In this document: positions 1-12,749 of the stretch, in pieces
Layout: every line of letters starts with the position of its first letter
How positions within the stretch are numbered: the first letter of the stretch is position 1
Origin: Mytilus californianus
Taxonomy: Eukaryota
Length of the DNA stretch: 64,000 bases
Direction: 5' to 3'
Assembly (NCBI RefSeq): GCF_021869535.1
Contig: NW_026262745.1
Coordinates: 86,738,001-86,802,000, forward strand
Notes under the pieces: generated by a model
Told to the model about the DNA's origin: nothing
What the model saw: the letters and a program-made list of their open reading frames with translations, nothing else
The model's database searches: none
Translations under genes and position numbers: made by a program

Positions 1-291
1 AAAACAACCCAAAGACGATGAAAACAGTACACAAATACACAACAATGAAAACTAAAGAAAGAACACAAAAAACTTAATCGGAAATTGGGAGGGCGTTGAC
101 CTAAGGTTCTCCGGTACTGAATTTAATGCAATCGAATTGTTTGAGAAATTCTAAACAAAAATACCAATAAAATTCCCAAATTATGAATTAATTGACAATC
201 TCAGCCAACGGAACTAATGCAAAAAAAAAAAAAAAACTGTCATATTCCTGACTTGGTACATATTTTTTTTTTAAAATGGATTGAACTAGCT

Positions 292-1298
292 GAAAGAGGG
301 GCGAAAGATACCAGAGGAACAGTCAAACTCATAGATCGAAAATAAACTGACAACGCCATGGCTAAAAAAATCAAAAGACAAACAGACAAATAATTGTACA
401 AAAGACACAACATAGAAAACTAAACACTAAGCAATACGAACCCCATCAAAATCTGGGGGTGATCTTAGGTGCTTCGGAAGGGTAAGCAGATCCTGCTCCA
501 CATGTGGCACCCGTCGCGTTGCTTATGTTTTTGCAAACTCGGTAAATAGTCAAATTCGGTAGGTCACATTCGTGGTGAAAAGGGAAGTGAATTGTAGTTA
601 CGACATAAGGAACATATCCGATATCATCTGTGAAACGGTTATTCAATAACGATCAACCAACTCGTGGTGGCGTCCGTAAATTTTACGAAGGGATGATTTC
701 AACTTCACCATTTGGAACTCTTGGTTTAATAGCTTCCTTGTGAGCAGCAACCCTCTATCAAGGAAATCATGATAAAAAATACAAGCCCGGGAATATCGTA
801 TCATTTGGGAGATATATACTCCGTATGCTGGTGCTGTTGGAATGTTGCTACATAGAAATGGAAAGTTCACAATTGGGAAGCTGAAATCATCTCTTTTGTC
901 GTAAAGTTTTGTTTTCAACCGACCCTCATTGTTAATTTCTAGATGTAAGTCAAGATATGAGGCAGACTTAACTGTATCTGTTGTTTCCTTTATCTCTAGT
1001 TCGATGGGATAGATGCGTTCAACATAGTCACCAAATTTTGAATAATTTAGTGAGAGAACATCATCTATATAGCGGAAAGTAAAGTTAAAGGATATTGCTA
1101 ATTTCTTATCTTTCTTCCTTAGAAGTTCCTGTATGAAGTCTGCCTCATAATAATAAAGAAACAAGTCGGCAAGAAGAGGGGCACAATTGGTTCCCATTGG
1201 AATGCCGAAAGTCTGTTGAAAAACACGTCCCCCAAACGTAACAAATATGTTATCAATCAAGAAATCAAGCATCCTGATAATATCAGTTTCAGAGAATT
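292..1298 (-). mobile_element. Penelope-like (Naiad-type) retroelement, family A, 5'-truncated: RT core and thumb plus 3' tail
   Basis: ORF 643-1305 contains PLE RT motifs GIPMGTNCAPLLADLFLY, FRYIDDVLSLN, YLDL, YDKRDDF and AYGVYISQ. No GIY-YIG follows the thumb. The TGA at 643-645 is GGA in the 20.8-kb copy, so it is a nonsense mutation. Confidence 0.9.
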
Positions 1299-1372
1299 GT
1301 TTCATTCCTTTTTATGTAACAAAGCAATACCAACTCTTTTAATTTGTCTTTTGGTTTGGAATGGGGAATTAA

Positions 1373-1592
1373 TACACTTGTATGTCAGTTTATTGTATAC
1401 ATCCGTTGTATTAACAACATAATTTCAGAAACCCGAACAAACATAGCTGACTCTACGATATGGGTTGTGCTCTTTGTTAAATAATTATACACTTGTATGT
1501 CAGTTTATTGTATACATCCTTTGTATTAACAACATAATTAAAGAAACCCAATCAAATATAGCGGACTCTACGATATGGGTTGTGCTCTTTGT
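1373..1592. repeat. Tandem duplication of a ~115-bp unit
   Basis: tacacttgtatgtcagtttattgtatacatcc...gactctacgatatgggttgtgctctttgtt occurs at 1373 and again at 1488. Confidence 0.8.
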
Positions 1593-2024
1593 TGAACGCC
1601 ATACGCCAACCTATAGCTTTCCACTTCTATATCATTTGGTCTGTTGAAGTGATGTTGCAAAGGTAATTTTATCACAACTTCTTACTTCTATAATTAGTTA
1701 AAGTGACAATAATTAGGATTCACAGTCAAAACAGCGTAAAGATATATACATGACAGACATACACACACAGCTTACTTCAACATTCAAATAAAGATAATAA
1801 TAAACCTGGAAAAGATGTCAACAAAACAGTTATGTAGTTGATAGAACCGTAGAAAAACATTTTTTTCTGTCAAATCGACACAATAGACCACATGCATATT
1901 GCTAGGTAATTGGTCATATAGGAAGTATGTAACTTCGAAATATGTATTGGTTGTACCAAAAGCCGGGCAAAAGGTCCAATTCCGGCATTGTAACAAGTGT
2001 AAACAAAAGCATGTTTGATTAACG

Positions 2025-2213
2025 ATGGAAAACAAGCATTGCATTTACGTGGGTTGTAAGAGTGACAGCATGCACCCAGAGAGACTGGCAGAGCAAAAAG
2101 TGTATTTTATTCCAAAACCATAACGTAATAAATTGACGTGTGAAAGATGGAGAAAACTTTGATGTCTGACTGAGGAATATCCGGCTCCTATTCCATCAGG
2201 AGCCAGTGTAACT
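2025..2213 (+). pseudogene. Degenerate THAP-type zinc-finger domain, probably from a PIF/Harbinger-ISL2EU-type transposase
   Basis: Translates MENKHCIYVGCKSDSMHPERLAEQKVYFIPKP*RNKLTCERWRKL*CLTEEYPAPIP, giving the CxxxxC...P...W...C pattern with two stops and an internal deletion. Confidence 0.55.
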
Positions 2214-2831
2214 GAAAAAAAAACCAACATATTTTCCAGCTGAAGAGTAAAAAAAGAAGCGCACTACTATGCATTAGACCATCATAGCCTTGTGTGTAGG
2301 AAGGTAAACAAACACAGGTAGGAAATGTATATATTTGGATATGAAGCATGTATTTTCTTTATAACAAGTTCATAATATTTACAAATTGCCCTTGTTTAAA
2401 ATTTTAGATGGTTGAAAAATCTCACATTGTCACTTCATAAACATATACATTAAGACAGGTTCTGCATTCATACATATACATGTACTTATACCGTCTGAAA
2501 TAGTACAGGTGCTGTTAAGAAGCACAGTTGCATTTTCTATGGATGAATTTACAAGTTTTCAGAAACATATCAATTTCTTCAAACAAGGCTTTAAGGGCAA
2601 TGAATGTTGACTGCCAAAATAGTAGAGCTGCAGAATAAAGTCCATGGAAACTTAATTGCACCAGGTTAAACTGCGCTCCTCCCGTATGAAAAAGGCCTTC
2701 CGACCCAAAGCATAAAAAGAGAACTTATTCCAACTTATTCATGTTATTATGACAGCAGTGCAAATGTTAACTTGATGAGAATGATAAGACCGTTATTTGT
2801 TTTAGATTTGGGAAACAAGTCTAAAGCATAT

Positions 2832-3170
2832 CGCTACAAACCAAAGTCTGAAATGGCCTTGACTTGATTTTAATGATTTTTTCTCGACCGGTCAGAATTG
2901 GTCTGAATTTCACTTGTTATTAAATCACTAGACTGCAGTTTGCACCATCCTTAACAGTCTGAACTTGTTCTCGACCATTACTCGACCAATACTTAACCAT
3001 TTTTATAAGTGTCTGAACCATTCCCGAGCAAGTCTGAATCCTGCTCGGCCTAGTTTGATCATACTCGACCTAGTCTTAACCATACTCGATCAAGTCTTAA
3101 CCAACCTAGACCTATTTCTGTATCTATCTGATGCACTTCATCTATTTAGGAACTATTTTTTTCTAGTAGC
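2832..3170 (+). mobile_element. Degenerate left end of the CACTA-type element seen at 15662
   Basis: Begins cgctacaaacc-aaagtctgaaatggcc and carries the same ctcgacc/gtctgaa subterminal repeats as 15662-16050. No matching right end found. Confidence 0.7.
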
Positions 3171-4657
3171 ATGATTTCAGTCTAAAACGGTCATTTTGGT
3201 CTGATCAAGTCTTAATCGACTGTATTTACCGCTAGAAAAAAAACGTCAAGACTTTTTCAGACTTTCAGACGCCGTTCCGATCGATAGTCCCATCAGGTAA
3301 ATCAGTCCGTTAAGGCATGTCAAGATAAACAAGACTGGATGTTCTAGCGAGCGTTTAAGATCTGTTAAGACGGTTTCAGACGAAATCAGACCAAACCTAA
3401 AAAAATAACTTTCACATTTGTCAGACCGTGTTTAGATCCGTTCAGTATGCTAGTATGATACTACGAGTTACGCCTCTTCTGCTTGATGATACGTTTTAAA
3501 TTGAAAAATAAATGCCTGAATTAAAAGCGTAACTTTCGAATAAATGAATAAAGAAAATCCGCTGTTGATTATTTATTTTTGTTGTTGTTTTTTTGAGAAA
3601 TTAAAAAATTATTCGTCTATCAATGGTGTTGGTTTTATTTTCTAATTAATGTTAGTTTATTTATTTATTTATTATTTGTATATCGGCGAATAAAAGTTTA
3701 CCATTATTTGCTGAAACCTGTATTTCAAGATAACGAATTTATACATGTATATTTACTAGGGGTTTTAAAAGTTACCCTCGGAAGTTACCGTATTTAAAAA
3801 GATTTGCAATAGACGGAAATTGCGTCTATTGGAGAAATCGTTTTTTTTTTTGTTTTTTTTTTTATGTAATCGCTACTTACAAAACATGTATATGTTATAC
3901 ACTTAACCCTAACATGTTGCTAACCTGGCAGGTAAAAAATGTAGTCGTTTTTCCAAAGGAAATGTGTACGGTAATTGATTTCCGTCTTTGAAAAAAAGTA
4001 ACTGGAAATTTTAAACTTAACAATAAAAATTCAAGGAGATGTGGTATGAATGCCAGTTAGAGAATTATCCGCCATACTTCAATTGAAGGGGACGTAAGCA
4101 GTTTAATTAGCACATATTAAGTATATTTTATGTCAGGTGGAACAATTCGTTATCTGTCGATACTTTCCTCGTAAACAAGATATTTACGTTGGAGCATTTA
4201 AAAACTTGTTATTTTCGTGCGGGTTACTTTGTAAAACTTGGACAAGTTTATATTTTTATAGCTTGTATTGTACAATATATTTCTAAACAATGATTTACAT
4301 CACACAGTGGTGCATCTAAACGCTACTAAGGACGCCTAAGTGCATTATGCTTCTAAAACTGCACTTAGCCCGTGATGAGCCAGTATTAAAATTACAAATA
4401 AAATACCATCGGATAGAGCTTTTCATTAAAACAATATATTCTTATTTATTTTTCAGTACCCATAGTAATTTTAGTGTAATCAAGGGTAATACGATATCCC
4501 ACGAGATTCCAACCCCTCTTATTATATAAATCCTTGACGTACTTAGTATGTTCTGTTTTTAAAGATTGAGATCAATGGCACGTGCTAGCAATCAACTGGG
4601 TCAACAGGGAATAAAACCAATGATCCATAACGCACGAAAGAAGATTGGCAATTACAT

Positions 4658-6047
4658 AAAATTGAGAATGGAAATGGGGAATGTGTCAAAGAGACAACAA
4701 CCCGACCATAGAGCAGACAACAACCGAAGGCCACCAATGGGTCTTCAATGCAGCGTGAAACTCCCGCACCCGGAGGCGTCCTTCAGCTGGCCCCTAAACA
4801 AATATGTATACTAGTTCAATGATAATGGACGTCATACTAAACTCCAAATTATACACAAGAAACTAAAATTAAAAATGATACAAGACTAACAAAGGCCAGA
4901 GGCTCCTGACTTGGGACAGGCGCAAAAATGCGGCGGGGTTAAACATGTTTTTTGAGATCTCAACCCTCCCCCTATACCTCTAGCCAATGTAGAAAAAACA
5001 AACGTACAACAGTACGCACAGTAAAACTCAGTTTAAGAGAAGTCCGAGTCCGATGTCAGAATAGGAAACAAAAGAAAATAAACAAAATGACAATAATACA
5101 TAAATAACAACAGACTACTAGCAATTACTGAAATGCCAGCTCCAGACCTCAATTAAACTGATTGAAAGAGTATGTCTTCATCATATGAATATCAGGCACA
5201 ATCCCTCCTGTTAGGGGTTTAGTATTATACCGTCATAAAATATATGAGAAGAACATAACCCGTGACATGCCAACAACTGGTTTTAGAATACATATGTTTA
5301 ATTCCGATGCAAAGACCCTATAAGTGAATCAATATTAAAGCCAAAATATGCAATTTTTAACGACCTGACAACAGTATCGTAACTATATCCCTTCTTAATA
5401 AGTCTGTTTAAAGGTTTTGTTAGCTTTTGAGGTGAATACTGACATTTTTGTGCTTTGTAAAGAATATTACCATAAAAGATAGGATGTGAAATACCCGAAC
5501 GTATAAGATGTCTGCATGTTGGAGTTATATTTACGAATGATGTCCTTATACCGATTATAACATTTAGTAAATGTTTTGACTAGTTTATGATATCGAAAAC
5601 CCTGGTGTAATAATTTTTCAGTAATATACAAATTTCTCTCGCTAAAATCTAATACGTTGTTACATACACGAGCGAATCGTACAAGTTGAGATATATAAAC
5701 ACCATAAGATGGTGACAAGGGAACATCACCATCTAAAAATGGATAATTAACGATAGGAAATGAAAAATCATCTCTTTTATCATAAATATTTGTATTAAGT
5801 TTCCCGTTAATGATATAGATATCAAGATCGAGGAAAGGACAGTGGTCATTGTTAGTAATAGCTTTATTTAAAGTAAGTTCAACAGGATAAATTTCTTTAG
5901 TATACATACTGAAGTTGTCATTATTGAGAGCCAATATATCATCCAAATATCTAAAAGTATTGTTACATTTTTGTATCAGATGTTGTTTCGATGGGTCTTT
6001 GCTGATTTTAGTCATAAATTGTAACTCATAAAAATACAAAAACAGGT
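4658..6047 (-). mobile_element. Naiad-type Penelope-like element, family B, 5'-truncated RT plus full 3' UTR
   Basis: ORF 5467-6039 (FRYLDDILALN, YDKRDDF, SYGVYISQ). A frameshifted thumb continues to HRN* near 5300. The 3' UTR is co-linear with the copies at 18806 and 61815. Confidence 0.9.
5191..5236 (-). promoter_or_regulatory. SECIS element (form II) in the family B 3' UTR
   Basis: Minus strand reads ATGAC-GGTATAATACT-AAA-CCCCTAACAGGAGGG-ATTGTGCC-TGAT, with an 8-bp helix II and a lower helix CATAT/ATATG. Confidence 0.75.
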
Positions 6048-6538
6048 CACATGACTATTTGACAATTACACCTCTCATAGTATCATAGCTTAGTATGTGT
6101 AGTTTAAGGTTCGACCACTATTATAATGGCTTCTTTCTGAACTCTACAAATGACACAGTTAATCCTAAACCTAAAGATACTGCAAAACCGCAATTTTGAG
6201 TAGTCATTAAAAAGATTGAAGAATAGCTGTAATAAGCAAAAACCCAAAGTTCCGGAGAAAGCAGTATATTTTTATATCTTGTCTTTCGGAAATACATTAT
6301 TTCTTTTTCATAGTTATGTCCTTCGATACAAAATTTTACAAAAAATATGTAGTCCGGCACTTAACTCAACCCCATTATGTTAACGCACGTGTATCACGAA
6401 TACAACCTAGTCACAGCAGGGTATCAATGTGATATATGTGATATATGTGTGAATTTATTGTATTTCAGCTACACATGTGAAAAGCCGAACGTATGGACAA
6501 AACTCTGTAAAGTCAAGGATTTGTATAGTAATATTCGA

Positions 6539-6582
6539 GCGTCACTGATGAGTCTTTTGTAGACGAGACGCACGTCTGGCGC
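6539..6582 (+). ncRNA. Type I hammerhead ribozyme motif with one core substitution; retrozyme-like repeat fragment
   Basis: GCGTCA-CTGATGA-GTC(TTTTGTA)GAC-GAG-ACGCACGT-C-TGGCGC: 6-bp stem I, 3-bp stem II, minimal stem III. GAAA is changed to GAGA. Confidence 0.8.
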
Positions 6583-8647
6583 AAATACAATAACCCTAAC
6601 AATTATTCTTATTTTGTTTTCATTTTTAAATTGCCATCCGCGACGTTTCCAACATAGTTAATCTAATTATGACTGCTGTGACTCGTTTAACGATCAGCGG
6701 CCAATATCCCTTGCTATACAGTGTGACGTCTATCGAAATGATAACAAAGAGTATACAATTGTAAAATCAAGAGCATTCCTTAATTAAAATAATTGTGTTG
6801 AAACAGTCGTATATATACATATTTTATTCCACGAGTTTTCCCGATGCAAGTATATTTTATATAAAAAAAAATAGTTCAGCGGTAGCATGTTTGCCATGAG
6901 CGCAACACACTTTCAAAATCAAGATCTATTCTAAATTTCATATTTGATTTTTCTCCTTTCATCATGAATGAAGAATTTAGAAAAAAGTAGGAAATTAGAT
7001 TATAGCCTAGCTTGGATTAAAAACAATGTGTTCTGAGTGAAGGACATAACCTTCTTGCTGTCGAAATATATCTTGTGCACTAAAATGTAGAAAAGGGAAT
7101 TTGGTTCTATAAAGTTTACAAATACGGAAATGAAGAATTCCTTACCCCCAATCAAGACCCTCATAAAATTATACGGATGTGTATACGTTTTATTCTACGG
7201 AGTGTCTATTGTTCCGGCTAGCCGGAGGCGCAAATGTTTAATATAAACAGAAGTGTCATGTGGCGTGGAAAGTGTCCTTGATGAGGTTCTATTGCAAACG
7301 CGTGTATGCAATGGACGTTTTGAGAATTGGAGATCGTGTTTAAAATTTAAAGATGTACTATAGAAAACTAGAGAGACCGTGACTACTTTAAAACACATTT
7401 ATATAGGACAGACCCCAGTCAAATATAGCGTGTGCACGAAAACTGAGAGGAATAAAGCGTGAAATCAAACAGAAACTGCTGATTTATCCTATTACCTTTA
7501 ACTGTATCCGAATGGAGGCAAAAAGCATAACACCACTTAATATGAAAACGATCAAATCAAATATACTTGGTTGAATTATTTCTAAGTTCTACTACAACGG
7601 AGATCTATGAACATGCACTGATATGCCTGGACTGGGAATAGTATACTAGGGTTGGGGTGAACCCCCCTTTTTATTTTCTCAATAAAAAATATTATGTTTT
7701 TGCTATCATAAACACAATCTTACTTTGGGGCAATTTACATGTGCCTACCCGTTTCTCTTATTTTCTATGTGTTAAAATAACAATCACCAAAAATTTTGAA
7801 TAAAACAAATCGTGCAAAATCATTTGACGACTTAATTGGAATTAAACTTCAACGAAATGATACATTCAGAATCTTCATAGATGTCCATTGAAGCCATAAA
7901 GCAGTGGTCCGACTCCTAACCTTGCCGGAAATTCCAAGACAGAAAAAAGAAGAAATCCCCCCCCCCCCCCCCACCATTCCTTTAGAATAAAAAAAAAAAC
8001 CTGAATATGCTGTATACTATATAGTTGTTTTATTATCATTTTGATTTGTTTTAGTGAATGAATGGAAATTGTTTGCACGTTTTTTTTTATAAAAATGATT
8101 AGTGACTTTAATTCAAAAGTGCATATCAATCGATGTTGACATTCTTCTTTTATCTCAATTAACAGGCTGTTTATATTTACGGGGAATCAGCGTACTAGTA
8201 TTACATAGAACAGCCAGTAAAAAATAAATCAAAGTTGGGACTTCGATAATTTATTTTCATTATATTTTTTTTTTTATATTTTATTACTATTTTTCAGAAC
8301 GTTTTATCTTGAGTTTATTATCAGTAACGTCCGCTCGGAGAACGTGCAAAAATGAATAGTCTAATTCTCAGTGTTTGCATGTGAGGAAATTTTTTGTCAC
8401 TATATTCTTGCTACAATAACTTCTTAACCCAGAACATATTAATTAATCATTGTTATGTATGACCGTAATTACAGCATAATGGCAGAGAAAAGCTATTCTT
8501 CCGGGCGCCGGAAGAATAGCCACTATTCTATAGTCAGATAGAATAATCTTAAATCTTATCATCTTAAGAGCATGTGAACACCGTAAAAATGGCGGAATAA
8601 AGTTATCAAAGGGATAATCAAACTTACTAGTCGAAAACAAACATTAA

Positions 8648-8960
8648 AACGTTTAATCCCGCTGCAAACGTTTGCACCTGTCCTAAGTCAGGAATCTGAT
8701 TACAGTAGTTGTCGTCTGTTTATGTAGTTCGTACGTGTTTCTCGTTTCTCGTTTTTATATAGACTAGACCGTTGGTTTTTCCTTTTGAATGGTTTTACAC
8801 TAGTAATTTTTTTTGGGGTCCTTTATAGCTTGCTGTTCGGTGTGAGCCAATGCTCCGTGTTGAAGGCCGTACCTTGACCTATAATGGTTTACTTTTATAC
8901 ATTATAACTTGAATGGAGAGTTGTCTCATTGGCACTCATACCACATCTTCCTATATCTAT
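8648..8960 (+). mobile_element. 3' terminal fragment of Naiad-type family C
   Basis: Near-identical to the reverse complement of 33268-33580; ends cattggcactcataccacatcttc. Confidence 0.8.
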
Positions 8961-11118
8961 ATGCGCCACGGCAAAATACGACATAAAGACAAACTGTATA
9001 TTAGTGCCGACTACAATGTAACTATACAGAAACTTTAAGACAAATAAACATTGTTTTGTGTGTCTTATCATATTAAAGACAAAATGAAAACTTTCACCCG
9101 AAAAATCATGCAAATAGAACTTTTACATGTAAAATAGCTTTTTATTTTTTTATTTTGTTTTTATTGTGTATCGGTCAGCCGTCTGGGACTTCACATAGTC
9201 CCGTGTCTATTGTGTTTTCTCGTTTTTTTTCTTTTGGTGTTTTTTTTTTGTACTGACAAGTGAAACAAATCCAATATTTAAATTTCGTATTAAATGGAAT
9301 TTTGTCCCGAATAAAAACTGAAACTCATTTAAATGAATTAAAAAAAACGAGTATCCGACAGTTTATGTACATGTTATACGAAATCTTTCCACCGGATTTA
9401 GCAGTTTAATAAATATTTTTATTCACAGCAAAAAATAACAATTACCAAATTCGTTTATTATATATACATGTAGGAATATTGTATAATAATCACAACTGTA
9501 TATTACTGCTCATGTTTATAATCTCAATCAACAAATTTTGAGTGTCCAGGTGATGTTCACACCATGACGAGCTTGTAACAAATGACACATACATGTATCA
9601 CTGCGACCGATCGATAATATAAGACAAATCTGCGTGCAGAGTGTCGTCCCTACTCTGACTTGGCATATTACACATCTATAGAGTTACGTCTAAGCCTCGC
9701 GACCATGACAAGTAAGTCTGGGACCTTATATTGTCCTACAACTGTTTGACACTACATTATGAATCTAGGATCTAAATAAAGCTTTACCTCAAACAAAGAC
9801 AAATTACTGAAACTTATTCTTTTAAAAGAGAATAGTTCGTAAAAACTACTAAATGGGTATTATGCGCATGAACTGGTAAAAAATTTACTTGTTTGGCTAT
9901 ATTGGTCAGAAATTTGAAGATGAATTACAAGGCAAAATTGTTTTTTTTTTTATACAAATCTTATAACCAACAAATAAACGGGACAAGAAACTGGGGCAAA
10001 GGATACGATTTTTTACTGCAAAAACCGTAAAAGTTTATATGGGACATACTTTTCTATTTTAATGTATACACATTAAGTGAGAAAAGTAAAAACGTACATG
10101 CAACGGATGTTTTTATAAACTCAAAATAGCATTATTTTGCAGATTATATCTGGGACTATTATACTGAGTATAATTAGTATAATAATCCCAGATTATATTA
10201 GTTATTAGCCAAAAGCTGCATATGCGGTATCGGGTTTGAATATTGTTGAAGTTCGCATAAGTGACCTATGGTTAGTTGCCTCGTTTGAAATCACGTGCGC
10301 ACACCACGTCTTCTTGTTTTGTATGACATTAAACCACAAAGTTAAAATTTCTAAAATATGTAAAGACATTTGGTTATTGTTGTTGAAAACTACAGGTATA
10401 TGAGGGTATTGATGCAGGGTTCTTCATTTCTGTAAATTTTTGACTATTTTTTCTATTGTTTATTTGTGTTTGCCCATTATTCTACCATTATGTAAACCTG
10501 AACCAGACCCTTGTATATGTTAGACCTTAAGATGATGTTTTTTTATCTAGTTGTTGGGCTGATGTCTCATCATAGTAGTATACTCGATATACCTTTTATT
10601 ATCATTTACATGGATCATTGACAATGTTAAGTTCATGTGATCCTAGTGTTGAACTTTCATATAACAGACTTTTAACATAAATTTAGTCATAATAAGAAAA
10701 CAGGCGAGATATTTCAGAAAGTGCACTTTTGTTTACCACGTTTATTCATAGTTTCTATTAAGGTGGATATGCCCATTGTGACACTAGTTTAAAATACATC
10801 TTTGGCTCATATGGGGAGCACACAAAAATCAAAAGGGTTTACTTATGATAGGGAATATTATTATGTTTGTTTCTTATTATAAGTTTTCTTATTGGTTACA
10901 CAGACATGACAGAACAAAATAGCTTATAACTAACTTGTGATTATGATTACACTATGTCATGTATGTTGTGACAAATTAATCTATGTTATTAAACATAATT
11001 TGCACTCCAAATACAAGCAACATAAAAGTTCAACTTTCTGATTTAATGATTTATGGTTGCTTTACAATTGCAAATAATATGCATATTTAAGACAGCATGA
11101 TAATATGTATGAATATAA

Positions 11119-11240
11119 AAAGGAAGATGTGGTATGATTGCCAATGAGACAACTCTTCAAAAGAGACGAAATGACACAGAAATTAACAACTATAGGTCAC
11201 CGTAAGGCCTTCAACAATGAGCAAAGCCCATACAGCATGG
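11119..11240 (-). mobile_element. PLE 3' tail fragment (aagatgtggtatgattgccaatgagacaact repeat)
   Basis: Same terminal sequence as 24893, 27437, 31590 and 33268. Confidence 0.75.
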
Positions 11241-12749
11241 TCATGAATTCTGCTTTGTAGTTTAACCAGATTTTAAGCATACTACCTCAAAATTAAACAG
11301 TCTGTTGAAAGACATTTAAATCTTTTCCTAAATGCTCTGTACTTTGATAAGTTAGATGAGGAGCAGCAAATAACAATTTTTACTTCTAGAGTTAAAATCT
11401 TACCAACAATCACACAATAAACGAAGCTAAAGACAAGCAGGCTTATTTCCAGTGGTTTTCATGTGTTGTTGTATCTCATGTTTCTCTTTTGTTTGTTGTT
11501 TTGTGCATAATTCAGGTTGCTTGGATTCTCTTTTAAATTAATTTACAATTCCAATGAGGTAACTGACAGCTACATAAAATAAGTGCACATATAAAAGTAT
11601 TCGCCATTTGTCATCTGCCTTGGTTACATGTAGCTAGATATGGGGTATAAATTTTCTGGTCATTTATCTCTATCGTCTATATGTTTTGTATCAGTTCTCT
11701 CTATTGTTCATTTTCCTCCTAATTTTCTGCAGTATTGACACATTTTTCTCTTTTCTGTAAATCCCACTCAAATCCTCGTAGATGACGTTTATTTTTTAAG
11801 CTGTTGGGTTGATGTCTCATCATAGTAGACTGTAAATATACTGTATGGCGTCCGTAAAAAAATTATCGTTTAAAAATGAGGAATAAAATATGTAACAAGC
11901 AATCATTTCTTATAAAATAAAAAAATAAGCATACACTAATGTCAAATTGTTCTAAATTTTTGAAGAAATAAAACAAAACGTCTGTTATCGATTTTTAAGG
12001 ATGTGAATTTAAGAATGGATGCAATTTGGGTACTCCTCATTACAGAATCATAGATCGTTTGGAGGTCGGTTCAAACTCATTTTTCTATGAATCAATATGG
12101 ATTCAAAATTAAATTGGTGGAACTATATAGTAAATCAGGAAACATCTACAAAATAAACAAAGAATGGAAACTTTTGTCTGGATCATAAATAAACATAGGT
12201 GAAAAAACTGTCAAAATAGGTGCAATTTGGGTACCCTCACGTTATAGCCTCTGTGTTTACTTTAATCTATGATGAAGATGTTAACGTAACACTGTATTCA
12301 CCAAGGATATCAAAACGTTTTTACTTTTTTGTACGGCCATTAAACAAAATCCGAATAGATTTTTTTAGATTTTTTAAAAAATTTCTGGCTATTTTCTTTT
12401 TATTGCTATGTCATTTAATCTGTATGGTTCGGGTGACCTTACTTCTGTTTTTACACATGACGTCATCAATCTACATGACCGTTTGGGAAATATGCGGACG
12501 ATATTCAACCATTGCTCCTGGTAAAGTTCTCTTGTAGGTTAAAGAAAGGGAAAATTATGCCTTTAAGTAGTAAAATATTGGTACCTTTCAAATTATTGTT
12601 TTTATTTTTATATTCAGGATTTTTCCTAAATTGTTACATTATTTGGAGAAATGCGTTTTAATGGCAGATCTTTAATTGGTTTGGTTTTATGTATTCACAA
12701 TTTTTATATAAACTCGTGACGATTTATAATAAGAACTTGACATATTATG

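Noticed and set aside
643-645. In-frame TGA near the end of the family A RT as a selenocysteine codon
   Set aside because: The second copy has GGA (Gly) here, and family A shows no SECIS. It is a simple nonsense mutation.
6872-6905. tRNA-like A-box (agttcagcggtag)
   Set aside because: No T-arm, B-box or acceptor stem follows; at most a tiny SINE head remnant.
10148-10193. 18-bp imperfect inverted repeat
   Set aside because: Short, AT-rich and without TSD or family context; compatible with a local inverted duplication.
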